NCBI GenBank assembly: GCA_903907925.1
Contig: CAIVQB010000143.1
Coordinates: 7,154-71,153 of the forward strand
Source: an uncultured Verrucomicrobiota bacterium
GTDB lineage: Bacteria; Verrucomicrobiota; Verrucomicrobiia; Limisphaerales; UBA9464
Direction of reading: 5' to 3'
DNA: 64,000 nt
In this document: piece after piece, positions 40,834-49,935 of the stretch
How positions within the stretch are numbered: position 1 is the stretch's first letter
Layout of the letters: each line of letters opens with the position of its first letter
Translations under genes and position numbers: made by a program
The notes under the pieces: generated by a model
Told to the model about the DNA's origin: nothing
Seen by the model: only the letters and a program-made list of their open reading frames with translations
Databases searched by the model: none

Positions 40834-43800
40834 CTACGGCGCGTTGACTCGAAGAAATCCAGTCCCGTCGCCGATCTCCACGACCCGGATGACCTCTGAT
40901 CCGTCACCCGTCACGGGTGTCCCGAGCACCGTCCAACCGGCTGCGTCCGTGAGCGACGTCGCCCGTTCCAGTCGGCTCGCTGTTCCTGGGGGCGTGGTCC
41001 ACCTGATTTCCAGCGCCGTTGCCGAACTTCGACGGACCGTGGGGTTCAGCCACTGGGGAACCGTCGCCACGAACACGTCTTCGAGTTGATTCAAATCACC
41101 CGAAACAAAATCATCGGCAAATGTCAGGAAGACCACGCGACTTCCATCGGCGCTGATCGACGGCTGCACGGAGATGTTGTTGCCCGCCCGTCCGGTCAGC
41201 GGCGACCGGGAAAGCAGTGTGACCGTGCCAAAGATCAGGTCCTTCACAAATACATCCGAACCGCCGTTGTCGTCACCCGGTGAGAGGTCGGACCCGGTTC
41301 CACGAAACGCAACGAAACGACCGTCCGCACTGATTGACGGGGAATCGACACCGCCTGCGGTCGGTGTACCGGCTGGAGTCGTTCCCACTCGGATCAACTG
41401 GTTCGCCGAGATATCGAAAGCGAACAGCAGTTTCACGCCGGGTGACGGAATCGCCCCGAGCGCATCGAAACTCGTTTGGAAAACCAGGCTTCTTCCGTTT
41501 TGCGAGATGAGGACGTTGGAGATCGTCGATTTGGCATCCGGCGCGGTGAGGACCAGGTGCCCCGTTGCGGACGCCACATCCCACCAATACAACGAGAGCG
41601 GGGTTCCTGAGTCTGGGGCGAGGGTGAAAAATGCGCGGCTGCCATTTCCACTCAAGCCGACCTGACGATACCCAAAATTCACGCCAGCCAAGCCCATCCT
41701 CGAAAGTTTGAGGGAAGGAATCGGGCAAAGGTACGCGGACAGGCTGTTGGGACCCGATCCGGCGAGAAATGCCGCCATCGATCCGTCTGAGCTGAGCGCG
41801 CCCGATCCGAGCGAGTAGTTTCCGGGATAGATTGCCTGGTCAAAATCGTTGTGAACCAGCGCGTAGGTCCTGCGCAGCCCAATATCCCGGATAAAAACAT
41901 TTCTGGAACTGTCCAGATTGGGAACCAGGTCCCTGGCCGAATAGTCGAAGAGCAATCGGTTGCCGTCCTGACTCAACACCGGATTTGAGGCCTCACCCGT
42001 CCCGCCCAAGTCCTGCTGATCCGGTGCACCTCCCAGCACGGTGATTCCGGTGTCCAGGTCCCGGACAAACACCTTCGCCAGTCGATTGGAATCACCGGGA
42101 ATAATCTGGAGCGATGTGGAAAGAAACGCCGCCCGGCGTCCGGAACCACTCAGGATCACGCCACGGGCTCCCTGATCGGACACTCTTCCATCCGGTCCGA
42201 CACTGACCGCCGAGGTCACGCCCGCGCCGAGATCCCGGACAAAGGCGTCGTTCCGTAAATTCCCATCGCCGGCGATGAGATTGTCCGCCACGCTGGTAAA
42301 CACCACCCGTCTTCCGTCATCGCTGATCGCTCCGTGAGTCGTCGAAATCAAACTGGAACTATTTCCCATGCGCGGTGCCGCTCCCATGCCGGTGGTGATC
42401 AGGTCCAGGCGATCCGAGTCGACGGACCCGAGATAGAGATCAAGTTGGCGGTTCAGATCGACTGTATCGGATTCCACATCCACCGTTTGAAAGACAAACC
42501 GTGTCCCGTCCGGACTGAACTCGACAAACGGCGAAACCCACGAGCCCGACGGATCCAATCCCACCCACCGGGTCAACCCGGTCGCCAGCGTTCGGACATA
42601 GAGATGGACGACACCGGCATTCGTGATCCCCGCTGCGGGATGAGCCTCCGCGGAAAGGTAGGCCAGTCGCGTTCCATCCGGACTGAGGACCGGCTCCATC
42701 GCGGTCGCCGGATCACGCACCGATACTCCGCCATCCAACCCGTCGGACAACAAATGGATCCCGGTGTCGGCATTCCACGTGCGGAGCGAGGTTTTCGTGC
42801 CGTCGGTAGTCCAGATCTGGAACGCCAGGGTCCGCCCATCCGCGGTCATCTCCGGACCACTGGCATCATCCTCTCCCGCGTTGAACGAGGCCAGCCGGGC
42901 GGAGGCATGGGAATTCGTGGCGGCCGTCAGGTCATACCACCAAACACCCTCGTAGGTCTGACTGGTGGTCGCCTGGGAGCCGGTGCGGAACGCGAGGTAC
43001 CGGCCGTCCGCACTTAATACCACATTGAACGTGCGAATGGGGACCAGGACTCCGTTTGTCGCACCGGGCACCACGATCTGCGACAAGTTGGGACTCCCGT
43101 CCCGGTGGACGAACAGATCCGTGTAGAGCCCGGCCGGTTTCGGGACCAGATCGGAGGCATCGGATCTGAACACCACCACCGTTCCATTGGTGTTTTGGGC
43201 CGCCGAGGTCGAAGGTCCGTTCGGCAGGCCACCGTCGGGTCGAACATCCAACCGTCGAATCTCTCCCGAACCCAGCACCGTCTGGAACACCCCCAACTGC
43301 GTTCCGGTGGGGGAAGCCACCAGATTGGAAGCGAGACTTTCAAACACCACCGACCGGCCATCGGCCGAAACCGAAGGATTGCTTGAGGAACCGTCCGCCT
43401 GAACACCACCCGGTCCGACGCTCAGGATCCGCGTTTCGCCCTTTTCGAGATCACGCAGGAAAATATCAGCAACGCCATTGGTATCACCCGCCACCAAGTT
43501 GCTGGCCGAGCTTGCGAAGACCACCTGACGTCCGTCCCAAGAGATGGAAGCCGGTCCGGACGCCGCATTACCGCTGTTCGTACCGTCCGGAATCACGCTG
43601 ACGAGAGTTATCCCACCGGTCGCGCCGTCCTGCACAAACACATCGTTCAGAATTCCGTTGTGGTCGTTTGACACCAGATTTTCAGCATCGCTGAGGAACA
43701 GGAGGCGCCGCCCGTCGCCACTGAACGACGCCGCACCGGAACTCCCGTTGGCGGCCAATGGACTTTTCGGTGTGGAAACCGCCACCGAAACCGGTTGAAC

Positions 43801-43902
43801 GATTGCCACCGGGTCCGCCGCAACCATTACCGCACCCAGAAACGGCGCCCAAAAGTGTGGAGCGACGCTGTGAACGATTGTGCGCAGGGATCGGTGTTTC
43901 AT
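40834..43902 (-). CDS. Large secreted PD40/TolB-like beta-propeller repeat protein
   Basis: ATG at 43902 (MKHRSLRTIVHS...). At least 8 copies of the motif S.DGR.V.F.S.A.NLV.GD.N...D(V/I)F(V/L)RDL. 1022 aa. Confidence 0.8.
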   Translation of the reverse strand: MKHRSLRTIVHSVAPHFWAPFLGAVMVAADPVAIVQPVSVAVSTPKSPLAANGSSGAASFSGDGRRLLFLSDAENLVSNDHNGILNDVFVQDGATGGITLVSVIPDGTNSGNAASGPASISWDGRQVVFASSASNLVAGDTNGVADIFLRDLEKGETRILSVGPGGVQADGSSSNPSVSADGRSVVFESLASNLVASPTGTQLGVFQTVLGSGEIRRLDVRPDGGLPNGPSTSAAQNTNGTVVVFRSDASDLVPKPAGLYTDLFVHRDGSPNLSQIVVPGATNGVLVPIRTFNVVLSADGRYLAFRTGSQATTSQTYEGVWWYDLTAATNSHASARLASFNAGEDDASGPEMTADGRTLAFQIWTTDGTKTSLRTWNADTGIHLLSDGLDGGVSVRDPATAMEPVLSPDGTRLAYLSAEAHPAAGITNAGVVHLYVRTLATGLTRWVGLDPSGSWVSPFVEFSPDGTRFVFQTVDVESDTVDLNRQLDLYLGSVDSDRLDLITTGMGAAPRMGNSSSLISTTHGAISDDGRRVVFTSVADNLIAGDGNLRNDAFVRDLGAGVTSAVSVGPDGRVSDQGARGVILSGSGRRAAFLSTSLQIIPGDSNRLAKVFVRDLDTGITVLGGAPDQQDLGGTGEASNPVLSQDGNRLLFDYSARDLVPNLDSSRNVFIRDIGLRRTYALVHNDFDQAIYPGNYSLGSGALSSDGSMAAFLAGSGPNSLSAYLCPIPSLKLSRMGLAGVNFGYRQVGLSGNGSRAFFTLAPDSGTPLSLYWWDVASATGHLVLTAPDAKSTISNVLISQNGRSLVFQTSFDALGAIPSPGVKLLFAFDISANQLIRVGTTPAGTPTAGGVDSPSISADGRFVAFRGTGSDLSPGDDNGGSDVFVKDLIFGTVTLLSRSPLTGRAGNNISVQPSISADGSRVVFLTFADDFVSGDLNQLEDVFVATVPQWLNPTVRRSSATALEIRWTTPPGTASRLERATSLTDAAGWTVLGTPVTGDGSEVIRVVEIGDGTGFLRVNAP

Positions 43903-44013
43903 AGGAATGGATCGCAACCTTGAACGGAAAGCGGCCCGTGTTTCTCCCACAGTTGGCGTCTGCGGCGGGAGGGGCACTTGGTGTGGACAGAGAACATCGC
44001 GTTTTCCGGCGAT

Positions 44014-44067
44014 TGTAAAGGGATTTGTTTACACATGTTATTGTTTGTTGGTTTACAGATGTTTACA
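44014..44067. repeat. AT-rich divergent intergenic region with three GTTTACA heptamers
   Basis: GTTTACA at 44027, 44051 and 44061, plus an inverted TGTAAA at 44014. The region lies between the PD40 gene (-) and the MOSC gene (+). Confidence 0.5.
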
Positions 44068-44157
44068 TCGTTTCCTTTTGCGCCCGGTGGAATGCGATGG
44101 ATCTGTGGACGGACGGAAGCCACTTGATCCCGGGCGCCGGCGGAGGATTCTTCGGCC

Positions 44158-44622
44158 ATGTTGACCGGACGGGTGGTGTCATTGCATCTGCATCCTGATC
44201 GGGGCGGGGATCCTCTGATATCCGTGGACCGCATCGAACTTCATGCCGACGCTGGCATCGTCGGCAACACGCGGTACTACGGCCGATCCAGCCGCCGACA
44301 GGTATCACTCATCGAGCGCGAGCAACTGGCCGAACACGCCGCCCGTCTGGGTTTGGACTGCATTCCGCCCGGCGCAGCCCGGGCCGACATCGAGACCGAG
44401 GGGATTGCACTCGTTCCCCTGGCGGGACAACGCATTCAAATCGGCACCGCGATTCTCGAAATCTATCAACCCCGGGATCCCTGCTACAAAATGGACGCCG
44501 TCGCCCCCGGGCTCTGCAATCTGATGAAGCCCCAAAAGCAGGGCGTCATGGCCACCATCATTCACTCGGGCGGGGCCTGCTGCGGCGATGGAATCCGGAT
44601 TCTCGCCCCACCGGGCGCGTGA
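44158..44622 (+). CDS. MOSC domain protein
   Basis: 154 aa. Beta-barrel MOSC pattern with ...QVSLIEREQL... and the conserved Cys context PRDPCYKMD. Confidence 0.8.
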   Translation: MLTGRVVSLHLHPDRGGDPLISVDRIELHADAGIVGNTRYYGRSSRRQVSLIEREQLAEHAARLGLDCIPPGAARADIETEGIALVPLAGQRIQIGTAILEIYQPRDPCYKMDAVAPGLCNLMKPQKQGVMATIIHSGGACCGDGIRILAPPGA

Positions 44623-45047
44623 ACGGTGTTGGGGGAACTGGCCGACCGATACGGAGCAGGCGCGGCCGAGGCCGGAACGGCGTCGGGCGCTTGGGCAGCC
44701 GGGACCAGCCGGACATCGCCCGTTTGAGGATTATAGACAAACCGCATGCCGGTCGGTGCCTCCGGCATGGACTGGAGATAATGTTGCTGGACCAGTTCGA
44801 CAAAACTGCGCGGATACCGATCCTCCATGCCCTGAAACTTTTGAATCGCCGAGTTGAGTTCGACCATGTTGATGGTCTTTTCGGCGAACTTCTTGGCCTT
44901 TCCCTGGGCTGCCAAGTAGTCCAGCGGCGCCATGGCGGGGTTGGCCCCCAACGCGTCGGGTTTGTCGGTCGCTTCCTTCTTGCGACACCCGGTTTCCAGT
45001 CCGAGGAGGCCCAAAACCACGGCAAACATCAGCACGCGGGATTTCAT
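44562..45047 (-). CDS. Hypothetical lipoprotein
   Basis: ATG at 45047. Lipobox MKSRVLMFAVVLGLLGLETGC. 161 aa with no recognised domain. Its 3' end overlaps the MOSC 3' end by 61 nt. Confidence 0.6.
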   Translation of the reverse strand: MKSRVLMFAVVLGLLGLETGCRKKEATDKPDALGANPAMAPLDYLAAQGKAKKFAEKTINMVELNSAIQKFQGMEDRYPRSFVELVQQHYLQSMPEAPTGMRFVYNPQTGDVRLVPAAQAPDAVPASAAPAPYRSASSPNTVHAPGGARIRIPSPQQAPPE

Positions 45048-45094
45048 GAGCGGAAGCTGACACAACCCGGCTCACTTTGCCACACTGACGCGGC

Positions 45095-46180
45095 ATGAGT
45101 TGGTTTTACAAAAACGTGGCCCGCCCGGTCCTCTTTTCCCAGGACTCCGAGGCGATCCACAATCGCACGCTCACTGCGCTCGCCGGGGTGAGCCGCTGCC
45201 CCCTGCTCTGCCGGGTGATGGAGGGCCTTGCCGATGTCCCGGATCTGCCGGTGACCGTGGCCGGCCTGCATTTTCAAAATCCGCTGGGACTGGCCGCCGG
45301 CATGGACAAGCAGGCGGTCGCTGTACCAGCCTGGAAGGCGATGGGATTCGGATTCAGCGAACTGGGCGGAGTGACCTGGCACGGTCAGACTGGAAATCCC
45401 CAGCCGCGCATGTTCCGGGCGGTGGCCGAGGATGCCCTGATCAACCGGATGGGATTCAACAACGGTGGGGCCCCGGCGCTGGCTCTGCGCCTGGCGGACT
45501 GGCGAAAGCGCGGGCTGTGGCCGGCGCACCCCGTCGGGGTCAATCTGGGCAAATCCAAGATCACTCCGCTCGCCGACGCTCCCGGCGACTATGCGTCCTC
45601 CTTCAATGCCCTGCGGGACCTTGCCGATTTCTTCGTGGTCAACGTGAGTTCACCCAACACGCCAAATCTCCGGCAACTCCAGGACAAGGCCGCGCTCGAT
45701 GAAATCCTCGCCGCCCTGCAGGAACTGAACAGCACCGCCCGCCGTCCGATCTGGGTCAAGGTCGCCCCGGATCTTTCGTTCGATGCCTTGGACGAAATCC
45801 TCGAACTGGCCGGCCCCCGCAATCTCGCCGGCGTGGTCGCGACCAATACCACGATCACACGCCCGGAAACCCGGGATCCGGTGGCGGCACAAATCTATCG
45901 GGAGACCGGTGGCCTCAGTGGCGCCCCGTTGGCCCGTCGCAGCACCGAAGTCATCCGGCATCTTTACCGCCAAAGCCGCGGAACACTTCCCATCATCGGC
46001 GTCGGGGGCATCTTCACCGCCGCTGATGCGTGGGAAAAAGTGACGGCGGGCGCGTCGCTCGTTCAGATCTATTCCGGATTGGTCTATGAAGGCCCGGGCA
46101 TCGTCCGATCCATTGTGGAAGGACTGAGGGACCGATTGGGCGGTGGACCGTGGGCTGACGCCGTGGGCTCGGAGAGGTGA
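45095..46180 (+). CDS. pyrD: Dihydroorotate dehydrogenase (quinone), class 2
   Basis: 361 aa. N-terminal membrane-association helix, GFNNGG, VNLGKSK, NVSSPNTPNLR and IIGVGGI motifs. Confidence 0.92.
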   Translation: MSWFYKNVARPVLFSQDSEAIHNRTLTALAGVSRCPLLCRVMEGLADVPDLPVTVAGLHFQNPLGLAAGMDKQAVAVPAWKAMGFGFSELGGVTWHGQTGNPQPRMFRAVAEDALINRMGFNNGGAPALALRLADWRKRGLWPAHPVGVNLGKSKITPLADAPGDYASSFNALRDLADFFVVNVSSPNTPNLRQLQDKAALDEILAALQELNSTARRPIWVKVAPDLSFDALDEILELAGPRNLAGVVATNTTITRPETRDPVAAQIYRETGGLSGAPLARRSTEVIRHLYRQSRGTLPIIGVGGIFTAADAWEKVTAGASLVQIYSGLVYEGPGIVRSIVEGLRDRLGGGPWADAVGSER

Positions 46181-46533
46181 ATGAAGCGGGTTGAAATGTT
46201 GAAGAGGTGCCCGTTGTCCCGCTGGCTTCTCAATCATTCTCTCAGTCTTCCTCTTAATCCGAATCGCAATCCTCTTCCGGCTCGAGGCTCTTGAAGCGCC
46301 AACGGTGCGTTCCATACCAGCCCTACAGGGTTCACACCGTGAATGGGACGCTCCTTCAGAGCTGAGTTGGGTGCCGAAACGGGGTCCCAGGGCGACGCCC
46401 TGGGCTGGCATGGGACGGGCCGTCAGCCCTGAGAAACGGGCGGCCAAAGTTCAATGGTTGAGCGGCCCAACCAAGTTCGCGATGCCCGTTTTCTCGCGCA
46501 CCCGTCTTCCCGTTTTCCAATTTTGCCCGTCGC

Positions 46534-46567
46534 CAATTTTCAATTTCAAATTTGAAATCGAAAATTG
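46534..46567. repeat. 34-nt AT-rich near-perfect palindrome just downstream of the agmatine deiminase stop
   Basis: CAATTTTCAATTTCAAATTTGAAATCGAAAATTG, with 16 of 17 arm positions complementary. A striking AT island in a GC-rich genome. It may be a terminator hairpin or a protein-binding site. Confidence 0.55.
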
Positions 46568-46574
46568 CCCCATC

Positions 46575-47624
46575 TCACTCCGGTTCCTGTTGCGAAATGC
46601 AGTGGAACGATCCCAACCCCCAGATCAATTCGGTGGAATCCAGCCCAATGACCCGGCGGTCCGGAAACGCCTTCTGCAACACCGCCACAGCGACGGCATC
46701 CTTGGGATCGCGATAGGTCGGGACGAGGACGATGCCGTTGGCGATGTAGAAGTTGGCGTAGCTTGCGGGAAGCCGCTGGCCCTCGTGCTCCAACAGGCCC
46801 GGCATCGGCAACTCCAGCACACGCAACGGGCGTCCGTCCTGATCGGTCATTCGTTTCAGCCGCTCGGAGTTCTCCTTCAACGGTTCGAAGTTCGCGTCGG
46901 TTGGGTCGTTCTCGACGACCGTGACCACGGTGGTCGGATCGACGAAACGGGTCAGGTCATCGACATGGCCATCGGTGTCATCCCCCACGATGCCGTCGCC
47001 GAGCCAGAGGATGTGTCGCACTCCGAGAAAATCGCGAAGGTACTGCTCGATCTCCGTCCGCGTGAGATCCGGATTGCGGTTCGGGTTCAGCAGGCAGGCT
47101 TCGGTGGTGAGGAGCGTGCCACAGCCGTTCACATCCAGTGATCCGCCCTCCATGACAATGCCGGGCGAAAACAACGGCAGATTGCGGAATCGGGCCACGT
47201 GTTGCGGCACGGCGTCATCCAGATCGAACGGCGGATACTTCCCGCCCCAGGCGTTGTAACCCCAATCCACCACGGCGCGTTCCCGCACTCCGTCTTGGTC
47301 GCGGACCAGGAAGATCGGGCCATGGTCACGGCACCAGGGTTCGTAAGCCGGGAAATGATGAAAATGCACCCGTTCGAGGGGTGTTTGATGTTGGCGCAAC
47401 AGGCCGCGGACCCATTCCTCCATCTCGCGGTTCCAGACGTTGATGTGAACCTCCTCCACTGCGACGAGGTGCCGGATCAGGGCGGCATAGACGGGCGGAA
47501 CGGTGTCGTACTTGCCGGGAAAACTGATGCCCTCAGGACGGGGCCAGGAGAACCAGGTGCCCACGTGGGGCTCCCATTCGGCCGGCATGCGGTATCCGGA
47601 GGCGGCGGGGGTCGGACTTTTCAT
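46575..47624 (-). CDS. aguA: Agmatine deiminase
   Basis: ATG at 47624. YRMPAEWEPH at the N-terminus and the catalytic-Cys C-terminus GLGSFHCISQQEP. 349 aa. Confidence 0.9.
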   Translation of the reverse strand: MKSPTPAASGYRMPAEWEPHVGTWFSWPRPEGISFPGKYDTVPPVYAALIRHLVAVEEVHINVWNREMEEWVRGLLRQHQTPLERVHFHHFPAYEPWCRDHGPIFLVRDQDGVRERAVVDWGYNAWGGKYPPFDLDDAVPQHVARFRNLPLFSPGIVMEGGSLDVNGCGTLLTTEACLLNPNRNPDLTRTEIEQYLRDFLGVRHILWLGDGIVGDDTDGHVDDLTRFVDPTTVVTVVENDPTDANFEPLKENSERLKRMTDQDGRPLRVLELPMPGLLEHEGQRLPASYANFYIANGIVLVPTYRDPKDAVAVAVLQKAFPDRRVIGLDSTELIWGLGSFHCISQQEPE

Positions 47625-47669
47625 GAGTGGCGGCGGGCAGTGAACCTGATGGCTGGGCGGAGGCAAGCG

Positions 47670-48353
47670 ATGAGTCCAAAGAGACATCACTTCGGCTTGG
47701 CTCCGGTGCGGCGGGATGTTGATCTCAACGGAGTGTCAACCGGCTCCCTCACGATTTTTGTCAAAGCCCCGCGCCTGGGAACCGTAAAAACCCGGCTGGC
47801 GGAAAGGGTCGGCGCGGAGGCCGCACTGGGAATCTATCGCGAACTGGTCGCCACCACCCTGGCTCAAGTTGCATCGCCGGACATCCCGCCGAATGCCGTT
47901 TCGCTGTGGTTCGCCCCCGATGACGCGGGATCTGAAATCCAATCGTGGCTGCGACCAGGCTGGACCGCGCATCCGCAGGGTAACGGGGACTTGGGAACCC
48001 GCCTTGCCCGGGCAGTGACGGCGGCCTTCGACCAAGGTGCCCGGCGTTTGGTGGTCGTCGGATCCGATTGTCCCTGGCAGACGGCGGACGACATTCGTAC
48101 GGCTTGGAAAGAACTCGAGTCGTCCGACGTGGTACTCGGGCCCGCGGAAGATGGCGGCTACTGGCTGATCGGCCTGCGGTCGCCGTGGGTGTCGCTATTC
48201 CGCGACATCTCCTGGAGTCAATCGACCGTTCTTCGCGAAACCCTCGACCGCATCCAAGAGGCCGGCCTCAGCTTCAAACTGCTGCGAATACTACCCGACG
48301 TTGACACCGAAGCCGACTGGCTACGCTGGCGGCCCGATGGCCCTTCAATGTGA
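47670..48353 (+). CDS. DUF2064 / TIGR04282-type glycosyltransferase-like protein
   Basis: SLTIFVKAPRLGTVKTRL is the family hallmark. The start is uncertain: ATG 47670 was chosen, and ATG 47649 is also in frame. Confidence 0.7.
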   Translation: MSPKRHHFGLAPVRRDVDLNGVSTGSLTIFVKAPRLGTVKTRLAERVGAEAALGIYRELVATTLAQVASPDIPPNAVSLWFAPDDAGSEIQSWLRPGWTAHPQGNGDLGTRLARAVTAAFDQGARRLVVVGSDCPWQTADDIRTAWKELESSDVVLGPAEDGGYWLIGLRSPWVSLFRDISWSQSTVLRETLDRIQEAGLSFKLLRILPDVDTEADWLRWRPDGPSM

Positions 48354-48373
48354 CAGAGGCGCGGGGCGCCGAA

Positions 48374-49363
48374 TCAAGGTTCCACCCAGAGACTGCGAAA
48401 GGTTCGCAGCGAGGGAGGCCGCCATTGGTTTCCCGGATGGTTTCCATCGTCGCTGACAATCAGGAGATGTGGCCGCTCACGGGTGCCGAAATTGGCGATC
48501 CCCTCGGAGTTGAGTTTCCTTAATCCGGACCGTTCGAGCTTCTCGGGAACCGCAGAACCACCCGCCCAGCGAAAGAGATGAGACGTCCCTCCGTGTCCGG
48601 TGCGGCCCCCGATCACAAAATACTCGAGCCCGGTGAAGGTGATGTCCCGAATCCCGAGGCCGCCGAGGTCGAGCAGCACCGGCTCACCCAGACGCGGCGC
48701 GACTCCCTGCACGCACTCCGCCGGATTGAGAAGCGGCACCAACAGCGCCTTCTCGTCGACCAGGGGACTTCGAAACCCAATCAGGAGCGATCCGTCCGGA
48801 GCCGCTGCGATTCCCTCGATGTTCAGTCCCCCCTCCTCTTCCGGCGCCTTAGTCGCGGCTTCCGCCAAATGAAATCGGGCCAACTGCGGATCCTTTAGCA
48901 ACGCTCCGAGCAGGGTCTGACACGGATGCCCGATCCGTTCGAGGGTGACTCCATTGGTTCCCTCATGAATCCGGGTAGCCAGCAAGCGCTCGTGATTGGG
49001 ACGCGACCGGCCATCCTTGGACCGGCTGTGTGAACCGATCCAATAAACCGTGTCGTCCACGCGGGCCGCACCCTCGATGTCGGCGTCCGCGGGATGCCCG
49101 TGCAATTCCAACCAGCGGGAGAGGTTGAACTCCGCCAGCGGCGAACCCGAGGCCCCGGCCTTGTACAATTTGACCACATTGTCCTCATCGCAGCCGGTGA
49201 GAAATCGGTTGGTTCCGACCCGGACCGCCAGCGAAGCGTTGGCCATTCCCGAATGCACCCAGGCCGGTCGTTCCGCCGCCGGACAGCGTCCGGGAAGAAC
49301 GACGAGGCCGGCGAGGATCACCAGCCAGCCTGCCACCCGGAAAGGATGCCAAAGAGGGTTCAC
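48374..49363 (-). CDS. Secreted hypothetical protein, possibly DUF3616/phytase-like beta-propeller family
   Basis: 329 aa with an N-terminal TM/signal segment (VAGWLVILAGLVVLPG). Segments such as DIEGAARVDDTVYWIGSHSRSKDG and LNIEGIAAAPDGSLLIGFRSPL resemble that family. The family call is from memory only. Confidence 0.55.
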   Translation of the reverse strand: MNPLWHPFRVAGWLVILAGLVVLPGRCPAAERPAWVHSGMANASLAVRVGTNRFLTGCDEDNVVKLYKAGASGSPLAEFNLSRWLELHGHPADADIEGAARVDDTVYWIGSHSRSKDGRSRPNHERLLATRIHEGTNGVTLERIGHPCQTLLGALLKDPQLARFHLAEAATKAPEEEGGLNIEGIAAAPDGSLLIGFRSPLVDEKALLVPLLNPAECVQGVAPRLGEPVLLDLGGLGIRDITFTGLEYFVIGGRTGHGGTSHLFRWAGGSAVPEKLERSGLRKLNSEGIANFGTRERPHLLIVSDDGNHPGNQWRPPSLRTFRSLWVEP

Positions 49364-49609
49364 CGCTCCAACCTGCCCTGTTCGATGACGTTCGTCAAAG
49401 CGGCGTCACTTCCCGGGATTTCGAAAATAGTCTGCTCTTTTTCCCTGATTCCCCGGTTTTCCGAACGTGTTGCTGCTTCGGCTGCGATCTCAAAGGCGGG
49501 CCAGGGACGGCTCCCGTCAGCAGGGATTCAGGCGGGATGGATCGAATGAACCGGATCCGATCGACCCTTCAGGAATCCGTCTGAATCCGTGAAGGCAGTG
49601 TCTTCCATC

Positions 49610-49889
49610 TCTTAAGAGCCTGTCTGAAAATTGGGAAGGGTCCTGCGGCGAGGGATTTTGTCTTCTGCCGAGGCGACGAGGCCCGAGCATCCCAAAGTGG
49701 GCTGTAAGGGCCGAGTCAACGAAGGCAGAAGACAAAAGCACTGCCGCCCGGAGGGTTGTCGAGGAAAAGGCCGACTGGCTTCGTTGCTCCTCGGTCACAG
49801 CCCAAAAAGGGCTGCTCCCTCGTCGCGCCTCGCCATCCAGCCTTTTCCTCGACAACAGGACCCTTCCCCATTTTCAGACAGGCTCTAAG
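49610..49889. mobile_element. 280-bp imperfect palindromic (MITE/REP-like) element
   Basis: Ends are CTTAAGAGCCTGTCTGAAAATTGGGAAGGGTCCTG (49610-49644) and the reverse complement of 49856-49889, CTTAGAGCCTGTCTGAAAATGGGGAAGGGTCCTG. Internal inverted pairs at 49655-49668/49723-49736 and 49754-49770/49840-49856. Confidence 0.65.
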
Positions 49890-49935
49890 CAGAATCGTTC
49901 CAGCTTACATCTGTAAATCCAACCGCATTGCCAGA

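Noticed and set aside
44562-44622. 61-nt convergent overlap of the MOSC gene and the lipoprotein gene
   Set aside because: This is probably a trivial consequence of late stop codons in GC-rich DNA. Nothing suggests antisense regulation, and neither C-terminal tail shows a conserved motif.
49631-49888. 85-aa and 112-aa ORFs inside the 280-bp palindromic element
   Set aside because: They lie wholly within an inverted-repeat structure, mirror each other on opposite strands and have no start context. They are most likely artefacts of the palindrome.
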